A stretch of DNA of 63,296 nt, counting the filler, from Reticulomyxa filosa (lineage: Eukaryota > Protista > Foraminifera): NCBI GenBank assembly GCA_000512085.1. It is 24 parts of 24 records of this genome, joined end to end, with 100 filler letters (N's around TTAATTAATTAA, not from the genome) between each part and the next. Parts side by side here need not be neighbours in the genome. Positions count along the whole stretch, not along the records: positions 1 to 1,482 come from ASPP01008825.1; positions 1,583 to 4,391 come from ASPP01020828.1; positions 4,492 to 5,812 come from ASPP01035629.1; positions 5,913 to 8,960 come from ASPP01018588.1; positions 9,061 to 10,273 come from ASPP01016515.1; positions 10,374 to 13,496 come from ASPP01007435.1; 18 more parts are not named here. One strand, given 5' to 3'. The stretch's first letter is position 1. Each line of letters starts with the position of its first letter. Shown here one piece after another: positions 1 to 11,264 of the stretch. The notes beneath the pieces were generated by a model. It did not search any database, had not been told where the DNA came from, and was given only the letters and a program-made list of their open reading frames with translations. Both the position numbers and the translations under genes were made by a program.

Positions 1-441
1 CATGATCAACACGTCGTGCGCCAGATCGCCTTTTACGATTCGAATGCAAGCTGCACGCCGCGCGGGCCCAGGGCGAACTTACGCCGGACGACATCAACGC
101 ACTGTGGATGAGCGTGCAGGCCGAGAGTCTGGGCGATGCCTTTGACTTCATGGACGGGTATGAGACCTTCTGGGCCTATATCCCGCATTTCGTGCATTCA
201 CCCTTCTACGTCTATGCCTATGCCTTTGGCGATGGGCTGGTGAACGCGCTCTATGCCGTCTACGCCGAAGGCACTCCGGGTTCCAGGACAAATACTTCGA
301 GATGCTGAAGGCGGCGGGTCCAAGCACCACAAGGAACTGCTGGCGCCCTTTGGCCTGGACGCGAGCGATCCGAAGTTCTGGGACAAGGGTCTGTCGATGA
401 TCGCGGGATTCATCGACGAGTTGGAACAGATGGACGGCTGA
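1..441 (+). CDS. pepF: Bacterial M3-family oligoendopeptidase F, C-terminal fragment with several sequencing frameshifts
   Basis: Stitching frames gives ...INALWMSVQAESLG...WAYIPHFVHSPFYVYAYAFG...KHHKELLAPFGLDASDPKFWDKGL, the PepF/M3B C-terminus. GC-rich, alphaproteobacteria-like codon usage. Confidence 0.9.
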
Positions 442-465
442 GGCTGCTCAGCGCAGACAGGAAAG

Positions 466-490
466 CGGCCCCGGGGACAACCCGGGGCCG
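466..490. terminator. GC hairpin between convergent bacterial genes, probable bidirectional intrinsic terminator
   Basis: Perfect 10-bp stem CGGCCCCGGG-gacaa-CCCGGGGCCG between the pepF stop (441) and the oxidoreductase stop (499). Confidence 0.7.
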
Positions 491-498
491 TTCCGCAT

Positions 499-1482
499 TC
501 AGATCGGGGTAGCCACCGCATAGACCCGGTCGATCAGTTCCTGGGTCTTGCGGCTCCATTCCAGCGGGCAGGGATAGGCGGCGCCCGTGGCAACCGAGCG
601 GCTGAAGGCCTCGACCTGCAGCCGGTAGTGGCTGGCCTGCGGGAAACGGTCGACCGTGACCGAAAGGCCCGGGCGATGCAGCTCGACCCGGGCCTCGCCA
701 AAGACATTGGCGTTGTAGGGGGCGGTGAGACGGATCAGGCCCTTGGTTCCCTGGTAGGTCACTTCCTGCCGCGGAAAGAGGCGCATCGAGGTCATCGAGC
801 CATAGGTGAAGCGCCCCTCAGGCCCCTCGAACTCGCCGGCAAAAGTGGTGAAAACCTCGACCCCCCTTTCGCGGCGGATGCGGGCAGTGATGGTGTCGAG
901 CACTGGTTCGCCCCCCGTGACGAACCGCGCCGAGCCGATCGTATAGACGCCGATGTCGGGCAGGCTGCCGCCGCCCGTCTCCGGCCGGTTGCGGATGTTC
1001 TCGGGTTCGTCCCGATTGTCGTAGCTGAAGCTTGAATCGACATGCTCGATCCGCCCGATGGCGCCTTCGGCGACATACTGGCGGGCCCGCAGGAACTGGG
1101 GATGCTGGATGATCATGAAGGCTTCCGCCGCCAGCAGCCCGGTCTTGTCCCGCAGCGCGATCAACCCGTCGATGTCTTCAGCCCGCATGGCGATGGGCTT
1201 TTCGCACAGCACGTTCTTGCCGGCCTGAAGCGCCTTCTTCGACCACTCCACATGCAGATGGTTCGGCAGCGGGATGTACACCGCCTGGATGTCGGGATCA
1301 GCCAGAAGGGCCTCATAACCTGAATGGACCTTCAGATCGGGGTTGAAGGCCTGGAACCGCTTCGCCTTGGCCGGGTCAGAGGTGGCGATGGCGGCAAACG
1401 CGCGCCGTCCGCCGCATGGATCGCAGGGGCCATCTGTTCCCAGGCGAATTGGACGCGCCCAGAACTGCCCCAGTTCACGGTC
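499..1482 (-). CDS. Bacterial Gfo/Idh/MocA-family oxidoreductase, frameshifted at the 5' end
   Basis: Motifs VYIPLPNHLH, GKNVLCEKP and GGGSLPDIGVY. The N-terminal TVNWG.LGA Rossmann start sits at the contig edge. Confidence 0.92.
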   Translation of the reverse strand, partial: DRELGQFWARPIRLGTDGPCDPCGGRRAFAAIATSDPAKAKRFQAFNPDLKVHSGYEALLADPDIQAVYIPLPNHLHVEWSKKALQAGKNVLCEKPIAMRAEDIDGLIALRDKTGLLAAEAFMIIQHPQFLRARQYVAEGAIGRIEHVDSSFSYDNRDEPENIRNRPETGGGSLPDIGVYTIGSARFVTGGEPVLDTITARIRRERGVEVFTTFAGEFEGPEGRFTYGSMTSMRLFPRQEVTYQGTKGLIRLTAPYNANVFGEARVELHRPGLSVTVDRFPQASHYRLQVEAFSRSVATGAAYPCPLEWSRKTQELIDRVYAVATPI

Positions 1483-1582
1483 NNNNNNNNNNNNNNNNNN
1501 NNNNNNNNNNNNNNNNNNNNNNNNNNTTAATTAATTAANNNNNNNNNNNNNNNNNNNNNNNNNNNNNNNNNNNNNNNNNNNN

Positions 1583-3452
1583 CTTTTTCTTGTTCTTGTT
1601 CTTGTTCTTGTACAGTTTCATATTCTTCTTGCACTAGGTCCGGCTCTGGCTCTACCTCTATATCTTGGACTGGTTCTTGTATTTGTATCGTCTCTTGATC
1701 TGGCTCTTGTTCTTGTTCTTGATCTTGATCTTGTTCTTGTTCTTGCTCCTGTTCCTGCTGTTGTTCAAGCATCAACTCTTGCTCCATGGACACTACTGCG
1801 CTTTCAGCGAGCGTTCTTTTGTTGCGCTTGAAGCTGGTCTCTTGGGACGGCACCACAGGACTTTCTGCGAATGAATCTTTGACAGGACGGAGAGGAGGAG
1901 GTGAGCACAGCACAGGGGTAAGTATAGAATGTCCGTTGTTGGGATTGGAATGCTTGTCCGAAGCATAAAGGGGGTTGGGTTGTTGACTCCACTCCTCCAA
2001 TGCAGGATCGTCGAATACGTCAGTGCTGCAAGGAGCACGCAGTTGGTTCAACTCATCTAGTCGTAGCAAGGATAGGTATTGTCCATTTTGAATCGTCGTC
2101 ACTGCGTCTTTCCACGATATATTTTGAAGACGAAAGTTCAAATCTCCCAATAAAAACTATACGCATATATTTGTATATACATATATACGTATACATATAT
2201 ACATATATATATATATTTGTATGTATAATAAGACAAAAGGTAATTAACCAAAGCATGATAGGTGTGTGTAAAATCGATTTGTGAAAATCCCATGCCCAAG
2301 CCATTGATAATCAAGACAATATCTTCGATGCGATCGCGCAAGAATTTGTGAGAATAGCTTGCGGCCAAATGGGCGCACACGAAACAGAGCGACGTGCGAT
2401 TGACCTTAAACGATATTCCGACGGCGCCCTTGTTTCCATACAAATTGCCAATTCCAGTGCGAGTCGCCCTCGCCTGGATTCTCCTGTGATCGATTGTGTG
2501 GACTATGTTGTGCTTCACAAGGATCACCAAGTAGATTTCACGCAAGCGTCGATACTTCAAAATTGTAAATGTGTTTTTGCCAACAATGTCGAGCAGCAGA
2601 TCGTTTATTTTACTGGCATCCATTTTCATTTCTTGCATTCCTTTTATTTATTTATTTTAAAAAGCCACTATATATATATATATATATATAATATCATATT
2701 ATACACATGCATGTACATATATACATGTGTACATACGTGTACTGTGGGATAAGTATACGTTTGGACGTATACATACCAAAAGCAAAAATGTCAATTTGTT
2801 TCAAATCTTTAATGTTGGCATGTGATTCAACGGTTGGATGATCGGCATTGACAGTCGAGTTTTTGTGAGGCGACTGAGTGGCGGACCCTTCTTGAGCATT
2901 TGCAGAGTCGTGTTTGGGAGAGGCTCCATCTCCGGAGGAAGCGGTATCGCAACGAATATTATTGATATGCACATAAGGATCAGCGCAGGTTTCATCGGCG
3001 ACAAAGTGTTTGTATTGACGGCCAGCGTTGTGCAATTCGAAGCGGAGCCACTCTCGAAACGTGATCTTGTTGTCGCTGTCCTGATAGAGGCCCATGTTGA
3101 AAGTACTGACAAAGACTTGATACTCTTCCAGAGTATGGCATTGGTGGAGACTGGACTCGATATCGACGACAAACTCTTGTGTAGGTAAGTGGCTCTGCAG
3201 TTCGTGATGCAACTCGCTATTGATCTCCAGCAGCTGTCGTGTTATCAACGTGGTATTGCTCGCGTCCGCGGCGACACTGCTTAAATGATGATGATGATGA
3301 TGATGACGAGAAGAGAGCCTATAGAGCGATGCTATTCCACTGTTACTGCCACCACCACTACCAGTGCTGCTGCGCTGATTCAGGCGATTCTTATCTTCGG
3401 ACATATTTGTGCTTCGGCGTTCGATTATTAATGGCGCCATCAACGACTCGTT
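1583..3452 (-). CDS. Inositol polyphosphate 5-phosphatase (INPP5/EEP) domain; exons 3452-2777, 2640-2249, 2156-1583 (3' truncated)
   Basis: VFVSTFNMG; DIFAFG|MQE restored by intron 2641-2776; GNKGAVGISF..NRTSLCFVCAHLAA; HAL|FLLGDLNFR restored by intron 2157-2248; LRLDELNQ. Confidence 0.92.
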
Positions 3453-3565
3453 CTTTTTTTTCACAAAAAAAAAAAAAAGGAGGGAGTGAACAGAAATGAA
3501 CAAATCAAATGTGTGCTACCTCCCCTCCTCCAAGTTTCACATGCATGCAATAGACAGCAACACAC

Positions 3566-4353
3566 TCAAAACACTTGAGTTGGAATGCCGCACTGATCGC
3601 TCACAAAATGGACTCGATTGTCATTGTGATCGTTGTCGCTGCTGTCATTGCTGTTTTTATTATTGCTGTTATTGCAGCTGGACAGTGGCGGGCCCGAAAG
3701 CAAAGCCCAAGTGTGCTTCGGACGATCTGCAACTGCGGACAGGCTCGGTTTCTCTTCAATGCCTTCCAACGCGCTCTGAAATTGGGGCTCCGTTTCCACA
3801 CGCTTCGTCGTCGGCAGACACTCGCCCGAGTCCATTCGCAACACACGGTCGTCTCCTACCTGGCGGGTCAACAGAGGCTGCTTTTCGGTGGGCGAGATCA
3901 AGGGACACCAGTACAGTATCAGAGGGCTGTGACGAATGCGTGTACGTATACTCGAGTTATTGAAGAACAGCAACGTATTTAATGCACCTTTTTTTTTTTT
4001 TTTGTTTGTTTGTTTTGATTAAAAAGAGAAAAAGAGGATTGTAATATATTTTTAAAAACATACACATGTATATGTGTATATGTTTTTTTAAATATAATAA
4101 AATAGAACAATGAACCTTGCAAAGGTGATAGAATGACGTGTATATACTTGAGCCACACGCCAATGCCTAAGAGCTGACGATAGGGCTCCAAAATTCCCCA
4201 GAATCGACACAGGGCAATGAGCACGACATAAAGAATCAACTCTTTTTGCAGCATTCGGTAGCGCTTGTACAAGATCGATTGGTGATATTTCGCGTTATAC
4301 GTAGCCATTTGTTGATTGAACAATTGTGATTGAAGCACGCCGTTGTCATTGTT

Positions 4354-4391
<38 letters not shown>
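3566..4391 (-). CDS. C-terminal TM6-TM7 of a cAMP-receptor/GCR1-like 7TM GPCR (exons 4391-4116, 3987-3575); probably the same gene as the INPP5 domain
   Basis: KELILYVVLIALCRFWGIL (TM6). After removing intron 3988-4115, HVILSPLQG|ALNTLLFFNNSSIR resembles the PLQGxxNxxxY TM7 signature. Confidence 0.72.
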
Positions 4392-4706
4392 NNNNNNNNN
4401 NNNNNNNNNNNNNNNNNNNNNNNNNNNNNNNNNNNTTAATTAATTAANNNNNNNNNNNNNNNNNNNNNNNNNNNNNNNNNNNNNNNNNNNNGGGAGCCAG
4501 AAAGACCATTCATCGTTATTGATTATAAATTACCAAGTATTCTGACAATTTTTGAAAATAATGAATAAGTATTGCAAAAAACATGGATTAATGGATGCGC
4601 AAATTTTTGCCAACTAATTGATAAAAAAAAAAAATAAAAGTTAAAATATTTTAATTTGTTTATTTCTTTTTTTAAATAAAATAATGTTTCATAATTAAAA
4701 AAATAG

Positions 4707-5234
4707 GTTCAACAAAAAAGAAAACGAAAAAAATAATAAATACCGATAAAGGTAATAATAATAAAATGCCTGATAAAAATGAATCAGCTGCACAAAATGA
4801 CCTATACGAACGCGATATTGCACTAACATGCAATGGCTGCAGAACGTACAACCTAGATGTATTATGAATGCAGCTCCTTTAGTGAATGTAATACTCCAAA
4901 TTTCTGGATATATGATATGGAGTGGAGCTAGTGTTGGTATGATGATTGGATATCCAACTGTTTATGGTTGGAAGCTGATCAAATTAATAAAGATGACAAC
5001 ATTTTCAATATAAAGGTTTACAAGATGTTGAAAATGGAGTCATTTAAAGATGCAATGTTGGAGCTTGTACGAATAACAAAATATGCAAAGACACTTGCTC
5101 CTAATGAAAAAATTTTAAGAGAAACTTCAGCACTCTTAAGTCTGAAGAAAAAAAAACAGAAGAAAGTGATGAGTTTTGCGATGGGGGGCAATGCAAAAGA
5201 AAAAGATTCTAATTTTTTTTTAATTGTTGGGTGA
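4707..5234 (+). pseudogene. Degraded coding fragment containing a CxxC...C zinc-finger-like stretch
   Basis: Protein-like peptides (LTCNGCRTYNLD/YYECSSFSEC, ...KDAMLELVRITKYAK) broken by stops and frameshifts. Confidence 0.35.
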
Positions 5235-5912
5235 TTGGAGATAATTGATTATAATATTTTTTTTAATTTTGACAATATTTAAATTTATTTGTGCGTTGAC
5301 ACATTTTCCAATATTCGATTTTTTTATTTGTTATATAATATGTTTTTATTTTTCAATCACTAAATTATCTTGGACGCTGGTTTTTGTGATATTTTCATAA
5401 AGTTTTTTGCAGCAAAATGTACAGGAACGTGCGAAATTGATCAGAACTATGCGAAATTGCGAAAAACGTGCGGACATGCGAAAAACGTGCAAACATGCGA
5501 AAATTTGCAATTATACAGATTATTTTTTATTTTTTCCAAATTAAATTTTAAAAAAATATTAATTGTGGGTTTTTTGTCCAACACTTAGCCAACATTCATC
5601 ATTTCCTCCATTTTTTACTGCGACAGCGTATACAACACTTCGCAAAGACGATGGAATATTGGACTTGTTGTCATCGCTTTGTTTCTCTTCGTTGCTAATT
5701 TTACACACACACAACAAACATCCTTGATATTGACATAATTTAATAAATTGAAAAGAACAAGTTTACCTCAAATTCATAAATGTTTCATCAATAACAGGTT
5801 GATATCCATATTNNNNNNNNNNNNNNNNNNNNNNNNNNNNNNNNNNNNNNNNNNNNTTAATTAATTAANNNNNNNNNNNNNNNNNNNNNNNNNNNNNNNN
5901 NNNNNNNNNNNN

Positions 5913-5950
<38 letters not shown>

Positions 5951-6456
5951 ATTTGATTGCATTTTGTGGTTCACAGCTATACCAGTGACGAATAAACTCA
6001 CCAGTCGTTTTTGTCCCTCCTCAACTCCCCTTCCTCTTTCTTTTTCTCCTTTCTCTTTTTCCTTCGCCTCTAAACCAACTTGCACACAACCAATAAGAAT
6101 AACAATAACAGTACGCAATTTACAAATCATTAGAATTGTGTTCAAATCCTAAAAAATCTGGCAATACTCCCTACGTATCACAGCAAACGTATTATGAATA
6201 TATGTGAGAGAGAGTGGGGGGGGGGGAGGATTTTTAAAAAAAACAAACCTTTGAATGTTTTGTGATGAAATCAGCATTGTATCGTTCATGATTGATAGAT
6301 CGATGCTTTGGTGTCACTGGGGCAGTTTGGGGTGCTCGTTTTGGAATGTCAAAGCCCCCTTTTTTCTTTTTTTGGTACACGTGCACAGCGTCATCGCACT
6401 TTTGTCTTTGTTGATCTTTATCTTTGTCTTTTATCTTTTCTTGATCATGACGACCA

Positions 6457-6869
6457 TTACTGGGTCCTCTGCCGTGGTCGTCGCAGCGAACCCTGAGCCT
6501 GGTGACACTCTTGGGCAGCAGCAGCGGCCAGCAACGAGGTCTGTTCCAAAAGTAAATACGAGCTAGGTCGGTGATGAGTCGAAGAGTGCGTTTTCAAGAA
6601 GCTGGAGCCAAAGCGAGAAGAAACCGAGTTTCGGATATGCGAGCGTGGATGATTGCTGTCTCGATCAGGGTTGGCTGCAGTGCACGACTGACGTTTGCGG
6701 TTTGTCGTGGACGCGTTGTGATGGGGATGCGCCATATTTCCTTTTTTAAAAAACAATTGCGACAACTCGCAGTTACCACGATTGCGAACAGTTGCAATCG
6801 AGTGGCGATGTTTTTTTGCAATGATATCAGAGAAATGAGTTGCTTGTCTTGCAATGTTGTCAGTATTAC

Positions 6870-6912
<43 letters not shown>

Positions 6913-8960
6913 GCAATCCTTATGCTCAAATACTGGTGTCATTGTGACGGCAGGACGTATACCAATAGCAATTGTCTTTCGACGTGGTTGAAGGCACTTT
7001 TCTTTTGGAGAAGCGATTTCGACGAAATCGGCCTTTTGCTCTGCTTCCTCGAAGGAAGGTCTTTTCTTTGGATGAGTGTCATGATCGCAGTGGGCCTCGA
7101 CGTTGCCAGTGGCCACACTCCTTCGCTCGGTGACAGAGCCTAGAGGGGCACACTCGTTTGTGTCGTCCAAATGGATCCATCGCTGACGAATTTTGGAGGA
7201 CTTTTGTTCCACGAATTGCACCTGCACTTGTCCACTCGTGTCGTCCAATCGACGAATGGTACCTTTCATCCATCCAATGTACTCGCCCACTCCAGAGGCA
7301 TTCGTCGTCATCGGATTTACATCGATCGAGTCTCCAATGTTTAAATGTTGCATTTCTGTCCTTGTCACCGGTCCTGTGTATTGTATATTGTATATTGTAT
7401 ATTGTATATTGTATATTGTATATTGTATATTGTATATTGTGTATTGTATATGTATGCACGTACGCATATATTGTGTTAACTCGCAGAAATACTCTTCGCC
7501 TTTGCAAAGCGATACAGCTCTTTGACGCGATGGCTCTGTTCATTCCACGTTTCGTCCCAATACACGTAGCGGATCAATGTATTGTCGTTATCGTCAATGC
7601 GCAGAATTTGTCCCAATTGGTACCTCCCTACGTGATCTCTGTGGTCGATAATGTCTCCCACTCGAAGCTGTCCAACTTCTGACAATTCCATGTGCTTCAT
7701 AAACCGATCGCTACTAAGGTCACATGTCTCTGCCGACACATTAGCATTAGCATTAGCATTAGCGTCAGTATTGGCATTGACATTGACATTGACATGGTTG
7801 TCAAGAAGAACAAGATGCATCGCACAATGCGTGGCCTTGTCTGCTATATCATGTTGGTTGTCCATGTCCATTACAACTGTGGGGGTGGTAAGGGAGCTGG
7901 CAGTTTCGATAGGGGAGACCCCATTGGGATTGATTTTGAATTTCAGGTTAGGATTTGCATTTACAATTATATTGCCATTATTATTATTATTGCCATTATC
8001 ATTATCATTATCATTATCATTATCATTGTCATTATCATTGGCATTGGCATTGGTGTTGGAATTGCAAGCAATAACCGCAGTTTTCTTTTTTTTCAAAGGT
8101 TTGGTGTTTGGAGATTCGACTTGATTAGTTGCTTTGGCACAGTTTTGTCGGCGATGAATACGACGAGCGAGCGATTGGAAGAAGGCGGAAAGATGTGTCG
8201 GAGACGCAAACTGGTCGGTCCATTGATTCTGTTTCGCCAACGTGATAAAGTGCATTGCAGCGCAGAACTCGACTTCGTTCCAATGCGGAGAAGAAGAAGA
8301 AGAAGAAGTGGTCAGGTCCGATTTGCATAAAAGCAAGAGCTGAGACAAGAGATGCGAATCCAATCCACTTTTCGAAAAAAAAAGAATGGGCCTTTTGTTC
8401 GGGCACGCAGCCATTGGCATGTGCGGACTGGCAATAGTGGAAATAGCGCAGAAATTGGTCCAAGTGTTTGGTATGTATTTTGGGGATTTTCAGAGCCTTC
8501 AAGGCTTTTGAGGGAGACACGCGGCCATTTCGATTCCGATGGGCTCGGTCCATTGAAATGGGTTGGATTCCGACACTCCCTTTGCGTCGAGCGTAATTGC
8601 AGCTTTCTTTCACCACAATGTGACTAAGGCGTCGTTTCTTCATTGTCTCTTCTTTTTCTCCTTTGTTTGGTTTGTTATTTTCATTTTCATATACATATTC
8701 ACGCACATTGCGTTTTTCTTCGTTGTCATTATCATCACTATCTTCTTCTTTTTCTTCTTTTTCCTTCTTCTTCTTCTTTCTTCTTCTTCTTCTTCTTCTT
8801 CTTCTTCTTGCTCTTGTTGTTCTTCATCGTCAGCTCTTTGATACTTGTCTTGCTCCGTCGTGGAAGGCACTGCAATGTATTCATCTAAGATTTGTCGAAA
8901 CTCACGCATTTTTCGCAAATGCTCATTGTCCCCATTGTCATTATCATTATCATTATCATT
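6457..8960 (-). CDS. EH-domain plus tandem Tudor/Agenet-like domain protein (5' truncated, spliced, homopolymer frameshift near 8380)
   Basis: EH-like: FHYCQSAHANGCV...FFSKSGLDSHLLSQLL...EFCAAMHFI. Tudor-like: LRVGDIIDHRDHVGRY...IRYVYWDETWNE and LNIGDSIDVNP...WMKGTIRRLD...WIHLDD...APLGS. Intron about 7374-7480. Confidence 0.65.
7379..7447. repeat. Intronic heptamer tandem repeat (TATATTG)n, about 9 copies
   Basis: Directly visible; lies in the intron between the two Tudor-like exons. Confidence 0.9.
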
Positions 8961-9075
8961 NNNNNNNNNNNNNNNNNNNNNNNNNNNNNNNNNNNNNNNN
9001 NNNNTTAATTAATTAANNNNNNNNNNNNNNNNNNNNNNNNNNNNNNNNNNNNNNNNNNNNTTTTTTTTTTTTTTT

Positions 9076-9483
9076 TTAAACGTTGCAAAGTTCGCATATG
9101 TCATTCATAATATGGACTTCAATATCCTTAAGCAGATCTTGTTGCACTGCAAGGGACAAGGATGGGTCTTCCTCATCTTTGTTGTCTTCGTTTGCCTTTT
9201 GTTTGAAGAAAGGTTTCGTTTCGTTTGTGTCTGTTTCACTCCTTTCGCGCTCTAATGTGTACGTCGGTGCACTATTCCCTTGCTTCCCTCTGTCTTTCAT
9301 TGACAGTGATGATTTCACTCCATGCACACGTTCCATTTGCTTCAGGATTGTTGTTTTGCCTCCCCCTCCCGGTCCCAAAAGTAACACGTTTATTGTCAAC
9401 GTTTTGCGCTCTTGGAATAGTCTTTCATCTATGCCCTCGCTTACATCTTTTCCATCTTTGCTCTTTGTTTTTGTATTACCCAT
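9076..9483 (-). CDS. Heterotrimeric G-protein alpha subunit, N-terminal exon (3' truncated)
   Basis: MG myristoylation start, S..ID..L..E helix, and INVLLLGPGGGGKTTILKQM..VHG matching the G-alpha KLLLLGAGESGKSTIxKQM..IH motif. Confidence 0.85.
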   Translation of the reverse strand: MGNTKTKSKDGKDVSEGIDERLFQERKTLTINVLLLGPGGGGKTTILKQMERVHGVKSSLSMKDRGKQGNSAPTYTLERERSETDTNETKPFFKQKANEDNKDEEDPSLSLAVQQDLLKDIEVHIMNDICELCNV

Positions 9484-10510
9484 TTTGAAATCAAGTGCCT
9501 TTCGTGTATTATACTTATTTATTTCACACAAAAAATTTTCACTTACGTTTCTTTTCTACAACCTTTTTTTTGAAGTGTCCAAAAATAGCAGTATAGCATT
9601 AAAAAAGAAAGATTGATGCCATGTATGCGTACGCGAAATGTAGTCATCTGCGTAAATTCTCTAAATGTCCTTTTTCATTTTCTCTGAAGCCTAATAGATT
9701 TTGTTTTAACGTGTTACTTGTGTTCATTACAAAGAAAAAAGATATGAAAGTAGAGTATGTACTGATTTAAGAACTTTCAAAATAGCATGTTCATTGAGCT
9801 GAATTGTAATTTAATGTACTTTTAATTTGTTGTATATTTTTAATTTATCAATCGATCAATTAGTGTTTTTTAAAAAAATCTTCTTGAATTATTAGATATC
9901 CTAATTATCAATTAAAGAAAAACGATTGAAAGACCGTCATGTTATTTATTTGTGAGCTTTATTGTAACGTGAAAAGGACAAAAAGAAATATCGCAACTAA
10001 AAATATTCATCCTCATTTTATGTTTTCAAAGAAGCAACATATCAAATAAATAAAAAACGTTTTATATCAATTCAATGCGTACTGTCAAACCTGTTATATT
10101 TGTGAGCGTAAGTGTAAAATAAAAGTGTTGAATATCTACTTTATCGAAAAATTAACCATACCGTACGGAAAATCTTAGAAAAAAACTATAAAAATGCGAA
10201 CATGATCAAATCACAAAAGGAACAAAATTTTTTTTTAATAAAAAAAACCACTCGACCCAACACAAAAAAAAAANNNNNNNNNNNNNNNNNNNNNNNNNNN
10301 NNNNNNNNNNNNNNNNNTTAATTAATTAANNNNNNNNNNNNNNNNNNNNNNNNNNNNNNNNNNNNNNNNNNNNGACCCCGTGAACTGCCAGCCAAATTTT
10401 ATATCCTTTTTTTTTTTTTTTTACCCCAATCCATTGTTTTTTTTTTTGTCAATCAAATCAACAAAAATTTATAATATTGTCTAAATTCGTTATTTTTCTA
10501 ATTTTTTTTT

Positions 10511-11031
10511 TTAAATAAAAAAAAGGGGGAACACATCCCTTTTTTTTTTTATACCATTCAAAATTAAGATGGCTTGGACGAGTAAGAGTAGCAGAAATAT
10601 TATAAATGGCAAACTCAGTGTCCACAGCTTTGCTCTTGAAAATTCAAACGCTGTTCCCAAAATGCAAAGTATAGTCGTCCCACATACGACATGTACAACA
10701 GAAATGTCACTACGTAGTACAACGTCCAGTATACGGCCATCAACCACATGTACATGTGGATGTTTTTATTCGTTAGACAACTCACCAATGATATCGGTAC
10801 CAATATAAGGGCCACCAAGTATATCACATTCATCGTCAATGTTATGTTGCGAAAAAAACGTCCCATATTTGAACTCTCTTTGTTCCAAAGCAAATGATAA
10901 AATAGCTTCGCACCAGGCAACACAGAGCAGGTCAAACTGAACAAAGAGACTATCATGCATAAAACAAATGCTGCTTCTGAACTTGCCGTGCAAAAATCCA
11001 CAAATATGCCCGTTATTGTGAATCGCTTCAT
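10511..11031 (-). CDS. Multi-pass (7TM-like) membrane protein, N-terminal part, homopolymer frameshift near 10660
   Basis: Several hydrophobic segments; RLYFAF/GTAFEFS continues in the adjacent frame. Divergent from LRRCC1 across about 230 bp. Confidence 0.55.
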
Positions 11032-11264
11032 TTATCTATCGTTACAGTGATGGCCACTTGACGGCTCCGGAAGGATTTGAACGGAACCCTTCTCTCCTTC
11101 TCCCTTTTTTTATATTAGTTTTGAAAGTCTTTTTGAGGGCTGTGTTTAAAATCATTGAAAGTCATTTTCCTTTTCGTCTGTTCTCTGGCATTTTTGCCTC
11201 TTCAAGCTTTACTAAAATTACGCCAGACTTAAAAAAAGGGGTTTTTTTCCTTGATAGTTGGCCG

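Noticed and set aside
6571-8330. Long antisense ORFs with poly-Ile/Leu or Cys-rich runs (also 29834-30654, 31333-31854, 60294-61185)
   Set aside because: Shadows of trinucleotide and hexanucleotide repeats in real coding exons on the opposite strand.
8370-8390. Frameshifts in otherwise intact genes (also near 10660 and in the bacterial genes) as programmed frameshifting or editing
   Set aside because: They fall mostly in short homopolymer runs and are best explained as sequencing indels.
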